Source: Myxococcota bacterium
GTDB taxonomy: Bacteria > Myxococcota_A > UBA9160 > JAFDDA01
Assembly (NCBI GenBank): GCA_965228475.1
Contig: OZ245817.1
Span: 96,001-160,000, forward strand
Direction of reading: 5' to 3'
Length of the DNA: 64,000 nucleotides
Below the pieces are notes generated by a model. The model searched no databases. It was not told where the DNA came from and saw only the letters and a list, made by a program, of their open reading frames with translations. Shown here piece after piece: positions 27,715-36,793 of the stretch. Made by a program: the position numbers and the translations under genes. The first letter of the stretch is position 1. Every line of letters begins with the position of its first letter.

Positions 27715-27741
27715 TTGGTCCAACCAAGATGGTCGGACCAA
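27715..27741. promoter_or_regulatory. Two tandem FadR/GntR-type operator palindromes upstream of alkB
   Basis: TTGGTCCAACCAA (27715-27727) and TGGTCGGACCA (27730-27740), matching TGGTCnGACCA. Confidence 0.75.
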
Positions 27742-27780
27742 TTGTACCCGAGCCGCCGCTTCCGGCAATCCCGCGCCCGC

Positions 27781-29040
27781 TCAGGCCGCCGGCTTCACCC
27801 GGTAGCGCATCGGGAGCTTCTTCAGGCCGACGACGAAGGCCGAGTGGATCTGCTCGGGCTCGCCCGCGAACTCCGCCCACTCGAGGCGCTTCGCCATCTC
27901 CTGGAGGAGCGCGCGCTGGGAGCGGCGCGCGAGGTTCGCGCCGAGGCAGAAGTGCTGGCCGATCCCGAAGCCGAGGTGCGGGTTCGGCTTGCGGTCGATG
28001 CGGAAGGTGAAGGGGTCGGCCCAGACCTCTTCGTCGCGGTTGGCCGAGGCGTAGAACATGACGAGCCAGTCGCCGGCGCGGAGCTGCTGGCCGCGCAGCT
28101 CGTAGTCCTCCATCACCAGACGTTTCATGTGGTTCACCGGGGAGGTCCAGCGCACGACTTCTTCGACCGCGGAGTCGAGCAGCGCGGGGTCGCCCCGGAG
28201 CTTCTGGAACTGTTCCGGGTTCTCGAGGAAGGCCCGCATGCCGCCGACGAGCGCGTTCTTCGTGGTGTCGTGGCCGGCGGTGAAGGTGATCAGGAAGTAG
28301 CCGAGGGTCTCCATCGGGCCCATGGGCTCGCCGTCGACCTTGCCGTTCGCCAGCACGGTCGCGAGATCGTCCCGCGGGTTCGCCCGGCGGTCCTGGATGA
28401 TCTTGTCGAAGAGCTGGTAGAGCTCCATGCCGAGCTCGAGCATGGCCTTCTGGCGATCCTCGCCCTCGCGCTGGAGGTCGGGGTCGTCGTTGGCGAAGAG
28501 CTGGTTGGTCAGGCGCAGGATGTCCGGCTCGTTCTCGCGCGGCACGCCGAGCATGGTCGAGAGGATGCGCAGCGGGTGGGCCGCGGCGACGTCGTTCGCA
28601 AAGTCGCACTCGCCCTCGCCGGTCTCCCCGGCGAGCCGGTCGACGATGTCGCGCGCGCTCTGCTGGATCACGTCGTCGAGCGCCTTCACGGCCCGCGGCG
28701 TGAAGACCGGGCTCGCGATCTTGCGGATGCCGCGGTGCTCGGGCGGATCCATCTCGATGATGACCCGCATCGCGCCGAAGCCCTGGTTCTGCTCGCGGAT
28801 GATCTCCTCGTCGGACTCCCGGACCATGGCGATGCCCTTGGCCGAGGAGAACTTCCCGGGCTGCTTCGAGATCTCGCAGATGTCCGCGTGCTTGGTGATC
28901 GCCCAGAACGGGGAGAAACCCTTCGGCGTGCAGTGATGCACGGGCGACTCCGCGCGCAGGCGGGTCCAGAGATCGTGGGGCACGCCCTTCTCGGCGTAGG
29001 CGTGCGAGCTGATGAGTTCGTGTCCGTCGGTGATCGACAT
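27781..29040 (-). CDS. Cytochrome P450 (CYP125/CYP153-like neighbourhood)
   Basis: MDPPEH, AGHDTT, EVVRW (ExxR), HLGFGIGQHFCLG heme motif. Confidence 0.95.
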   Translation of the reverse strand: MSITDGHELISSHAYAEKGVPHDLWTRLRAESPVHHCTPKGFSPFWAITKHADICEISKQPGKFSSAKGIAMVRESDEEIIREQNQGFGAMRVIIEMDPPEHRGIRKIASPVFTPRAVKALDDVIQQSARDIVDRLAGETGEGECDFANDVAAAHPLRILSTMLGVPRENEPDILRLTNQLFANDDPDLQREGEDRQKAMLELGMELYQLFDKIIQDRRANPRDDLATVLANGKVDGEPMGPMETLGYFLITFTAGHDTTKNALVGGMRAFLENPEQFQKLRGDPALLDSAVEEVVRWTSPVNHMKRLVMEDYELRGQQLRAGDWLVMFYASANRDEEVWADPFTFRIDRKPNPHLGFGIGQHFCLGANLARRSQRALLQEMAKRLEWAEFAGEPEQIHSAFVVGLKKLPMRYRVKPAA

Positions 29041-29056
29041 GGGTTGGCTCCTCGGC

Positions 29057-30277
29057 CTAGACGCGTTCGATGATGATGGCCGGGGCCATGCCGCCGCCCG
29101 CGCACATCGTGATGAGTCCGACCTGCTTATCCCGGCGTTCGAGCTCATCCAGCGCGGTCCCGACGAGGATCGCGCCGGTCGCGCCGATCGGATGGCCGAG
29201 CGCCATGGCGCCGCCGTTCACGTTGACCTTGTCGCGGTCGAGCTCGAGGTCGCGCTGAAACTTCTCCGAGACGACGGCGAAGGCCTCGTTCACCTCGAAG
29301 AGGTCGATGTCCGAGAGCTCCATACCCGCGCGCTTGAGCACCTTGCGCGCCGCCGGGACCGGCGCGTTCAGCATCAGCGTCGGGCAGTCGCCCATGTTGG
29401 CCGTGGCGACGACCCGCGCGCGCGGCGTGAGGCCGTGCTCTTTGGCGTACTTCTCGCTCGCGATGAGGATCGCCGCCGAGCCGTCGACGACGCCCGAGGA
29501 GTTCCCCGCGTGATGCACGTGCTCGATCTGGAGATCCGGGAACTTCTGGTTCACGAGCTCGCGGAAGGTCGGGTGCCCCTCGGCCCGGTAGTCCGCGACC
29601 TTCTCGAAGCTCGGCGGGAGCTTCGCGAGCGACTCCGCCGTGGTGCCCGGCCGCGGGAACTCCTCGCGGTCGAGGGCGAGCGAGCCGTCGAGGTTGTGCA
29701 CGGGCACGAGCGCCCTGTCGAAACGCCCTTCTTCGATGGCGACGGCCGCGCGGCGCTGGGATTCCGCGGCGTGGGCGTCGAGCGCCTCGCGCGGGATGCC
29801 TTCGAGCGTGGCGATCGAGTCCGCGCAAACGCCCTGGTGCGGCTGCGGGTGGAGCTCGCGCAGGTGCTCGTTCCCGGCGCCCATCACCATCATCCCCTTC
29901 TTGGGGAGCGACATCATCTCCGTGCCGCCGGCGATCACGAGTTCTTCCATCCCGGACATCACGGAGTTGGCCGCGATGTTGGTGGCGGTGATGCCCGAGC
30001 CGCAGAAGCGGTCGAGGGTGACGCCGCTGGCCTTCACGTCGTAGCCCGCGTCGAGGGCCGACATGCGGCCGATGTCGCCCGACTGCTCGCTCACCTGGGA
30101 ACTCGTGCCCCAGACGACGTCGTCGACGTCGGCGGTCTCGAGGCCGTTGCGGTCGCGCAGCGCGCGCAGGACGGTCGATCCGAGGTGTTGCGGGTGGAGG
30201 TGCGCGAGCGCGCCCTTCCCCTGCTTGCCGATGCCGCGGGGGGTCCGGCAGGCGTCGATGATGAAGGCGTCGGGCAT
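29057..30277 (-). CDS. Acetyl-CoA C-acyltransferase (thiolase)
   Basis: [26 protein letters not shown]. Confidence 0.95.
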   Translation of the reverse strand: MPDAFIIDACRTPRGIGKQGKGALAHLHPQHLGSTVLRALRDRNGLETADVDDVVWGTSSQVSEQSGDIGRMSALDAGYDVKASGVTLDRFCGSGITATNIAANSVMSGMEELVIAGGTEMMSLPKKGMMVMGAGNEHLRELHPQPHQGVCADSIATLEGIPREALDAHAAESQRRAAVAIEEGRFDRALVPVHNLDGSLALDREEFPRPGTTAESLAKLPPSFEKVADYRAEGHPTFRELVNQKFPDLQIEHVHHAGNSSGVVDGSAAILIASEKYAKEHGLTPRARVVATANMGDCPTLMLNAPVPAARKVLKRAGMELSDIDLFEVNEAFAVVSEKFQRDLELDRDKVNVNGGAMALGHPIGATGAILVGTALDELERRDKQVGLITMCAGGGMAPAIIIERV

Positions 30278-30330
30278 CGGGGCTCCTTTTCGGCGCAGGC
30301 GCTGGCCGAGTCTAACTGAATTTATGGAAA

Positions 30331-30348
30331 TCCACTCAAGAAAGTGGA
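30331..30348. promoter_or_regulatory. Candidate TetR operator in AT-rich divergent promoter region
   Basis: Inverted repeat TCCACT-caagaa-AGTGGA between thiolase and TetR starts. Confidence 0.4.
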
Positions 30349-30360
30349 ATCCTCCCGCCC

Positions 30361-31047
30361 ATGGCCAAACCGTCCACCCCGCGCCCCCCGGCCCGAGGCC
30401 GCCCCCCGCGCGTCACCACCGAGCGCCTCGGGCAGGCCATCCTCGAGATCGAGGGCGAGGTGCCGACCATGGCCGGCCTCGCCCGGGCTCTCGGCGTGAG
30501 CCAGGCCACCCTCTACAACCACGTCCGCGGCCAGGAAGAGCTCCGCCGCCTCTCCGTCGACGTCGTCTTCGACGCCTGGGTGCTGCCGGAGGCGCCCGAG
30601 GGCATCCATTGGTCCCATTGGCTTCTCGCCTTCGCGCGCGACGCCCGCCGCATGGTCGAGCGCTACCCCGCCGTCCGCATCGCGCGGCCCCTGGCCGGCG
30701 GCCCGCTGCGCTACGTCGAGCGCATCCTGGCCCAGCTCACCGCCCTCGGTCTCTCGAGCAGCGAGGCCGCCCATACCTTCATCCAGATCGCGCTGCTGAT
30801 CCTCGGCGTGGGCGTGCAGATCGAAGCGACGCGGACCGCCCAGGCCGAGGCCGGTCTCGATGAATGGGGCCTCTTCCGCGACGCGCTCGCGAACCATCCG
30901 GGTGAGCTGCCGGTCCTCGGCGGGCTCGAGCACGGCGGCCTGCCCAGCCTGAACGCCGCCTTCGACGAGCTCGTCTGGTTCACGCTGACCGGCATCGCGC
31001 GCCGCCGCGGCGAGGTCCTGCCGACCCGGCTTCCCAGCGCTTCGTGA
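30361..31047 (+). CDS. TetR-family regulator
   Basis: RGRPP, TMAGLARALGVSQATLYNHV HTH. Confidence 0.88.
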   Translation: MAKPSTPRPPARGRPPRVTTERLGQAILEIEGEVPTMAGLARALGVSQATLYNHVRGQEELRRLSVDVVFDAWVLPEAPEGIHWSHWLLAFARDARRMVERYPAVRIARPLAGGPLRYVERILAQLTALGLSSSEAAHTFIQIALLILGVGVQIEATRTAQAEAGLDEWGLFRDALANHPGELPVLGGLEHGGLPSLNAAFDELVWFTLTGIARRRGEVLPTRLPSAS

Positions 31048-31538
31048 AGATCGTCTGCGAGCAGGTCTACGACTGCGAGCCCGAGGCCTTCTGGGCGCAT
31101 CATCTGGACGAGGCGTCGCGGCGGGCGAAGGAGGTCGAGGGCTGCGGCGCCGTCGCCTTCCGCGTGCTTTCGAAGGAGCGGGAGGGCAAGGCCTGGGTCG
31201 TGCGCTCGGAGCTGGTCGAGGCGCCCGACCTTCCGGGGCCGGTGCGGCGTCTGTTCGGCGAGAGCCTTCGCGCCGAGGAGACCCTGCGGTGGGAGGAACG
31301 CTCGAACACCGCGACCTTCGAACACACGCCGGAGACGCTGCCCGACCGCGTGAAGCTCTCGGGCCGGCTCACCACCGAGCCCCTGGGCGGAGGCCGCTGC
31401 CGAGTCCGGCTCGAGGCGGAGCTCACCGTGAAACTCTTCGGGATCGCGGGCGCCCTCGAGCGCCTGGCCGCCCGGGAGCTTCCGCTGCGCCAGGACAAAG
31501 CCATGGCGTGGTTCAACGCGAACCTCGGCTCGCGCTGA
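31044..31538 (+). CDS. DUF2505/SRPBCC-like protein
   Basis: PDLPGPVRRLFG, LTVKLFGIAGALERL pattern. Confidence 0.65.
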   Translation: MKIVCEQVYDCEPEAFWAHHLDEASRRAKEVEGCGAVAFRVLSKEREGKAWVVRSELVEAPDLPGPVRRLFGESLRAEETLRWEERSNTATFEHTPETLPDRVKLSGRLTTEPLGGGRCRVRLEAELTVKLFGIAGALERLAARELPLRQDKAMAWFNANLGSR

Positions 31539-31561
31539 ACCGCGCGGAGTAGAATGGGCCC

Positions 31562-33802
31562 ATGATGAAACGTGTATTCGTCGGTGTGGCCGTCGTCGGC
31601 CTCCTCTTCCTCGGATTGCTCGCCCTGCTCGGAAGCGGTGTGCTCGGCCAGCGCTGGGGAGCCGGCGAGGTGCAGGGCACCGCCTTGCCCGCGGACGAGG
31701 TGACGGCGCGCGCCGTGCGCCAGGCCATCGGCGGCGCAGGCGTCGGCCGAAGCGACGCGAAGCAGATCCTGTTCGGCGACCTGCACGTTCACAGCACCTT
31801 TTCGCTCGACGCCTTCCTGATGGCGCTTCCGATGGCCGGCGGCGAGGGCGCCCACCCCGTCGCCGCCGCCTGCGACTTCGCGCGCTTCTGCGCGCAGATC
31901 GATTTCTGGTCCATCAACGATCACGCCGTCGCCCACAGCCCCGAGACCTGGGCCGAGACCGTCGAGTCGATCCGGCAGTGCGACGCCACCGCCGACCCCG
32001 CGAACCCGGACGTCGTCCCCTTCCTCGGCTGGGAGTGGACGCAGATGGGGACGCGCCCGGAGAACCACTACGGGCACAAGAACGTCGTGCTGAAGGATCT
32101 CGAGGAGGTTCCGACGCGCTCGATCGCCGCGCGGCCGCCGGCCGACGCGGCCGACCGCCAGCGCGACGCGCTGCCGGGAACGCTCACCATGGGCCTGCTC
32201 GGCGTCGCCCGGCCGGGTCAGGACTCCCTCGACACGATCCGGTACTTCCGCGAGATGATCGAGGCGCCCGACTGCCCCGACGGCGTGCCGGTGCGCGAGC
32301 TCCCCCTCGCGTGCAAGGAAGCGGCGGAGACGCCTGCGGATCTCTACGCGAAGCTCGACGATTGGGGTTTCGACGCGATGGTGATCCCGCACGGCACGAC
32401 CTGGGGCTACTACACGCCCCTCGGTTCGTCCTGGGACAAGCAGCTCACGCCCGAGCAGCACGACCCGGGGTATCAGGGGCTGATCGAGGTCTTCTCCGGC
32501 CACGGCAACTCCGAGGAGTACCGCGATTGGGAGGAAGTCGTCCTCCACGACGACGGCACGCGCTCGTGCCCGGAGCCGCGCGAGGACTTCCTCCCCTCGT
32601 GCTGGCGCGCCGGCGAGCTCATCGCCGAACGCTGCCGGGCCGCGGGCGAGGGTGGAGAGGAGTGCGAAGAGCGGGCCGCCCTGGCGCGCCAGCACTACGT
32701 GGATGCCGACGTCGCGGGTCACCTCACGGTGCCGGGCTCCCGGGCCGGCGACTGGCTCGACTCGGGCCAGTGTCGCGACTGCTTCCAGCCGAGCTTCAAC
32801 TACCGGCCGAAGAGCTCGGTCCAATACATCATGGCCCTCGGGCGGCCCGATGCACCCGAAGGCGCGCGCCGCTTCGACTTCGGTTTCATCGCCGCGAGCG
32901 ACGTGCACAGCGCGCGGCCCGGCACCGGGTACAAGGAGTACGGCCGGACCGAGATGACCGAGGCACGCCTGCCCATCGCCGGCGCGGCGATCCTTCCGCT
33001 GCGCGAGGAAGCCCCGGAGCCGAACTCGCAGCCCTTCGACGCCGAGAACCCCGGCGGCAGCTTCTTCAATCTGCGGGAGGCGGAGCGCGCCGCGTCCTTC
33101 TTCCTGACGGGCGGGCTCGCCGCCGTGCACGCCGAAGGCCGCACGCGCGACGCCATCTGGGATGCGTTCCAGCGCAAGGAGGTCTACGGAACGAGCGGCC
33201 CGCGCATCTTGCTCTGGTTCGACCTGCTGAACCCGCCCGGCTCGCGCGGCGCGTCGCTGCCCATGGGCGGGAGCGCCCGCATCGCCGAGAGCCCGATCTT
33301 CCAGGTACGCGCCGTGGGTTCGCTCGAGCAGAAGCCCGGCTGCCCCGAGGCTTCGGTGCGCGGCCTCGAACCCGAGCGGCTCGAGCGACTGTGCAAGGGC
33401 GAGTGCTTCCACCCCGCCGAGCAGCGCCGTCTCATCACGCGCATCGAGGTGGTCCGCATCCGCCCGCAGATGCGCGCAGGCGAAGCGATCGCCGGCCTCG
33501 TCGAGGACCCCTGGAAGGTGATCCCCTGCGACGCCGACCCCGCCGGCTGCGTCGCCACCTTCACGGACGCGGAGCTCGGCGTCTCCGCGCGCGACGCCCT
33601 CTACTACGTGCGCGCCATCGAGGAGCCGAGCCAGGCCGTCGCCGCCGACCCCCTCGGCTGCACCCGCGATGCGAGCGGGCGCTGCACCGAAGTGGACGCC
33701 TGCATCGACCGCCCGGACGACGACGACTGCCTGGCGCCGACCGAGGAGCGGGCGTGGTCCTCCCCCATCTTCGTCGAGTGGGGCGGCGACGCGGAGGGTT
33801 GA
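31562..33802 (+). CDS. DUF3604 domain protein (PHP-like metallohydrolase)
   Basis: FGDLHVHSTFSLDA, NDHA, GWEWT, IPHG, AASDVHSARPG, EVYGTSGPRI, ERAWSSPIF. Confidence 0.9.
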   Translation: MMKRVFVGVAVVGLLFLGLLALLGSGVLGQRWGAGEVQGTALPADEVTARAVRQAIGGAGVGRSDAKQILFGDLHVHSTFSLDAFLMALPMAGGEGAHPVAAACDFARFCAQIDFWSINDHAVAHSPETWAETVESIRQCDATADPANPDVVPFLGWEWTQMGTRPENHYGHKNVVLKDLEEVPTRSIAARPPADAADRQRDALPGTLTMGLLGVARPGQDSLDTIRYFREMIEAPDCPDGVPVRELPLACKEAAETPADLYAKLDDWGFDAMVIPHGTTWGYYTPLGSSWDKQLTPEQHDPGYQGLIEVFSGHGNSEEYRDWEEVVLHDDGTRSCPEPREDFLPSCWRAGELIAERCRAAGEGGEECEERAALARQHYVDADVAGHLTVPGSRAGDWLDSGQCRDCFQPSFNYRPKSSVQYIMALGRPDAPEGARRFDFGFIAASDVHSARPGTGYKEYGRTEMTEARLPIAGAAILPLREEAPEPNSQPFDAENPGGSFFNLREAERAASFFLTGGLAAVHAEGRTRDAIWDAFQRKEVYGTSGPRILLWFDLLNPPGSRGASLPMGGSARIAESPIFQVRAVGSLEQKPGCPEASVRGLEPERLERLCKGECFHPAEQRRLITRIEVVRIRPQMRAGEAIAGLVEDPWKVIPCDADPAGCVATFTDAELGVSARDALYYVRAIEEPSQAVAADPLGCTRDASGRCTEVDACIDRPDDDDCLAPTEERAWSSPIFVEWGGDAEG

Positions 33803-33964
33803 GCTCCAGTCAGGGGCGAGGGTGCCGCGCCCGACCGCCCCGCAGGCTCCGATGGGGCGAATTCGCGGCCGTTTCTCGGGAAACGACGCCTCTGGGAGTC
33901 CTGGACCGGGCCTCCCGGACTGTCTGGAGCGCCAGGTTCAGCTAGACTCCGCCGCTCAGATTTC

Positions 33965-34041
33965 GCGCCCGTAGCTCAGTTGGATAGAGCACTAGCTTGC
34001 GGAGCTAGGGGTCGCACGTTCGAGTCGTGCCGGGCGCGCCA
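33965..34041 (+). tRNA. tRNA-Arg(GCG)
   Basis: GCGCCCG/CGGGCGC acceptor, D-arm GCTCAGTTGGATAGAGC, anticodon arm CTAGC-TTGCGGA-GCTAG, CCA end. Confidence 0.95.
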
Positions 34042-34048
34042 GAACAGA

Positions 34049-34083
34049 CGAAGGCGATTCAGCGGGAAGCTGGGTCGCCTTCG
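34049..34083. terminator. Hairpin (probable bidirectional terminator) after tRNA-Arg
   Basis: cgaaggcgattcagc-gggaa-gctgggtcgccttcg. Confidence 0.6.
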
Positions 34084-34102
34084 GCCTTTGTGGTGGATGA
34101 TC

Positions 34103-36160
34103 TCAAACGTTCACCCGCCGGGGTCCCGCCGCGATGAAGGCGAGCGCCACCCCGATGGCGGTCGGCACCACGAGCTCGGCCAACACCAGTCGCTCCTCTT
34201 GGGCTTTTCGGCGGAGAATCGCGTCGCGCGCCCGCGGCGTCGGCCGTCCGTTGGCGCGCTCCCGGGCCGGATCGAGGGCGTAGGCTCGCGCCGTTGCCCG
34301 CTGAGCACCGACAGCGTCCCCCGCCGCGGCGTAGAGCTGTGCCGCCTGCTGGAGTGCGTCGGGATCGTTGAGAGAAGCGCGCTCGAGATCGACGAGCCGC
34401 CGGTGAGCTTCGGCGCGCTGGCCGGTTCCCAGCAGCATGGTGATGGCCAGCAGCGGCTCTTCCTCGGCCTCGGGGGAACGAGTCTGAAACGCTCCCCACT
34501 CGCGAAGCGCCAGGTCCGGCCTGCGGATCGCAATGAAGAAGCGGAGCCGATGAATGACCCGGCTCCGCGCGCGCTTGGTGTCGGAAGGCAACGGCGGGAA
34601 GAGGGACGGCGCCTCGACATCGAGGCCCGCCGAGACCGGCCCGGATCGATAGAAGAGAGCCGCCGTCTCATCGACATAGACGAGCTGCCACGCGGGGTCG
34701 TGGTAGAGGGCGCCGATCAGCGGCTCGTAGAAGTTGACGTGGTAGTTGAGCAGGGCCGTCCCGAAGCCGTACTGATCGTCGAGCTTCCGGAACCCGGCCG
34801 GATCGCCCCGATTCAAGCGCGCGAACTCCTCGGCGCCGAAGACTTCGAGCCGCCCATCGATCATCACCTTTCGTTCCGGGTAGAGGTGCCAGATCAGGAA
34901 TCCACCGTCCGCCATGTGGTGGTAGATCGGTCCTTCCGGTGCGTCGCTGAGGATGCGGTCCACGGCGCCCGCGGAATGGAGCTGTCGATCGAGGCCGAAG
35001 CCGGACCGGCGGGGGTCGCCCAGCGCTTCGAAGAGATCCCCCGTGATCGCGCCAGCGCTTCCAGCAAGCAGGGCGCCGCAGAGTGTGGCTGCTCCGAGCC
35101 GCCCAGCCCAGGCGGGCAGCGGGTGGGCGTCGAGCAGGTCGTGGAGGTTGCGGACGAGAATCGTCGCACACGCCACCGAGAACAGCGCCTGGTTGCGATG
35201 CGCGCTCAGGGTGAGGAAGAGCAGCGCGCCCCAGATCAACGGGTCGGCCACCCGCAGGCGCTTCCAGTTGAGCACCATCACGGCCAGGGTGAGCAGAGCC
35301 GCTCCGAGGGTGACGCCGATGCGCAGCGCCGGAACGCCGCCCTCCGCGAGCAAGCGTCCGATCTCGGTGACCCACGGAGCTTGCGCCCCGGCATCGACCG
35401 TGATCATGCGGAGCTGTTCGAGGGGGAAGAGCACCGCGTCGAGGCCGTTCGGCGTGAGGAACGAAACGGCTGCGGCGAGGAGCGCGACGCCTCCCAGTCG
35501 ATAGGACTCGGCCCAATCGACTCGACCCGCGCGAAGCCCGCGAAGCAGTTCGGCGGCCAGGTGGATGCCACACACGGCGACGCCGAGCGCGAAGAGTCCG
35601 TGAACGTTCGCCCAGAGGAGTTGGATCGGGACGACGCAATAGAGGGCTCGCCGGTCGCCCGTCCGTTGGTGGCGATCGAAACACCAGAGCATCGCGGCCA
35701 GCAGGATCATGCTCATCGGTTCCGGGCGCGGCATGAACCGCTGACAGGAGAGCAGGAGGACGAGGCTCACGCCGAGGGCCGTGACTCCTGGCCGGTCGCA
35801 GCGAGAGCCGGTCGCTCCCACGATGCCGACGAGCAGCAGGACGGAGAGCCACTGGGCAAGAGCGACGCCGGAGTGACCGCCCAGCCACCAAACCCCATAG
35901 AGCATGCACTGGAAGAACCAATGCGTGTCGATCCAGCGCGCTCCGGGAACGGTGTAGGTGTACGTGTCGAAGAGGGGAACGAGCCCCGATTCGAGAATCA
36001 GCTGACCCGTTCGCAGGTGCCACCAGTAGTCGAGGGAGCGGATCTCGGTGAGCGAGAGCGCTGATGCGAAGATGAAGACACAAAGCCCCAGCGCGGTCTC
36101 GGTGGCCGCTCTGCCGCGTTGGTGGGAAGGCAGGCTGCGATTCGGTGAGAGGTGTTCCAC
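34103..36160 (-). CDS. Polytopic membrane protein, GT-C glycosyltransferase-like, with C-terminal TPR-like helices
   Basis: DYWWHLRTGQLIL in first loop, RPE, LWANVHG, VMIDGRLEVFG; many TM helices. Confidence 0.7.
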   Translation of the reverse strand: MEHLSPNRSLPSHQRGRAATETALGLCVFIFASALSLTEIRSLDYWWHLRTGQLILESGLVPLFDTYTYTVPGARWIDTHWFFQCMLYGVWWLGGHSGVALAQWLSVLLLVGIVGATGSRCDRPGVTALGVSLVLLLSCQRFMPRPEPMSMILLAAMLWCFDRHQRTGDRRALYCVVPIQLLWANVHGLFALGVAVCGIHLAAELLRGLRAGRVDWAESYRLGGVALLAAAVSFLTPNGLDAVLFPLEQLRMITVDAGAQAPWVTEIGRLLAEGGVPALRIGVTLGAALLTLAVMVLNWKRLRVADPLIWGALLFLTLSAHRNQALFSVACATILVRNLHDLLDAHPLPAWAGRLGAATLCGALLAGSAGAITGDLFEALGDPRRSGFGLDRQLHSAGAVDRILSDAPEGPIYHHMADGGFLIWHLYPERKVMIDGRLEVFGAEEFARLNRGDPAGFRKLDDQYGFGTALLNYHVNFYEPLIGALYHDPAWQLVYVDETAALFYRSGPVSAGLDVEAPSLFPPLPSDTKRARSRVIHRLRFFIAIRRPDLALREWGAFQTRSPEAEEEPLLAITMLLGTGQRAEAHRRLVDLERASLNDPDALQQAAQLYAAAGDAVGAQRATARAYALDPARERANGRPTPRARDAILRRKAQEERLVLAELVVPTAIGVALAFIAAGPRRVNV

Positions 36161-36251
36161 GAGCTGTCTGTGCGGATCGAGCCGTTCGCAAGACGGTACT
36201 CGATTCGAGGATCGCGGACGAAGACGCGTCGTCGGCCCCTACCAGAGAACG

Positions 36252-36287
36252 AAGAAGGCGACCCAGCGTATGCTGGGCCGCCTTCTT
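36252..36287. terminator. Hairpin homologous to the post-tRNA hairpin
   Basis: aagaaggcgacccagc-gtat-gctgggccgccttctt followed by a pyrimidine-rich tract. Confidence 0.6.
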
Positions 36288-36389
36288 TCCTTCTGGCCTC
36301 GTGTCTCGTGCCCTCCCCTGGGAATGGACGTTCGAAGCGAGAGTTCCGGGTGCCTGCCGCGGACCCCCCAGCGCAGAATGGTTCGGTTC

Positions 36390-36554
36390 TCAGGGCGACG
36401 TGGCCACGTCGCTCCCGCGGAGCTGAAGGCCGGTTCGTCCGAGGGCCGCTTCGAGTTCGCTGCGGCATCCCGGGCAAAGTGCGTGACTGACCGGGGCGCC
36501 GGCGACGCGCGCACTCTGTAGAAGACGTTCACACCAGGCGCAGATTCGTCCCAT
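36390..36554 (-). CDS. Small putative Zn-binding protein (CAWC...SHxxCxxC), 54 aa
   Basis: MGRICAWCERLL...VSHALCPGC; AAGGAG RBS upstream of ATG. Confidence 0.65.
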   Translation of the reverse strand: MGRICAWCERLLQSARVAGAPVSHALCPGCRSELEAALGRTGLQLRGSDVATSP

Positions 36555-36793
36555 CGGAGGCTCCTTCTCGGTTGGGCGCTGGGCTGGTTCCCTCGGACCG
36601 GCTTCGTCTCGAGGGAGTTGCATCTTCCGTGCCGGGCGATTTTCCGTTGTCTCGAACCCACGACCTGAGCCAGCGACGACACGGAACCGCTTGGCTACGC
36701 CCGGCGGCGCGCCTCTTTCCGACCGTTCTTCGGGCACGGTCTGCCGCGACCTTGGGCATTGCCCCGGGCGCCGGGACGGGAGAAGATCCCGCC

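Noticed and set aside
25871..28609. 912-aa ORF as a fusion protein; similarly 37684-40212, 50757-53843 and 60238-62823
   Set aside because: Only the 3' ends encode real domains (GntR, phosphatase, PspA, AsnRS); the upstream parts are off-frame overlaps of other genes
36178..36204. Small GCAA-loop hairpin as a possible ncRNA
   Set aside because: Short and imperfect with no family motif, so it cannot be told from chance in GC-rich DNA
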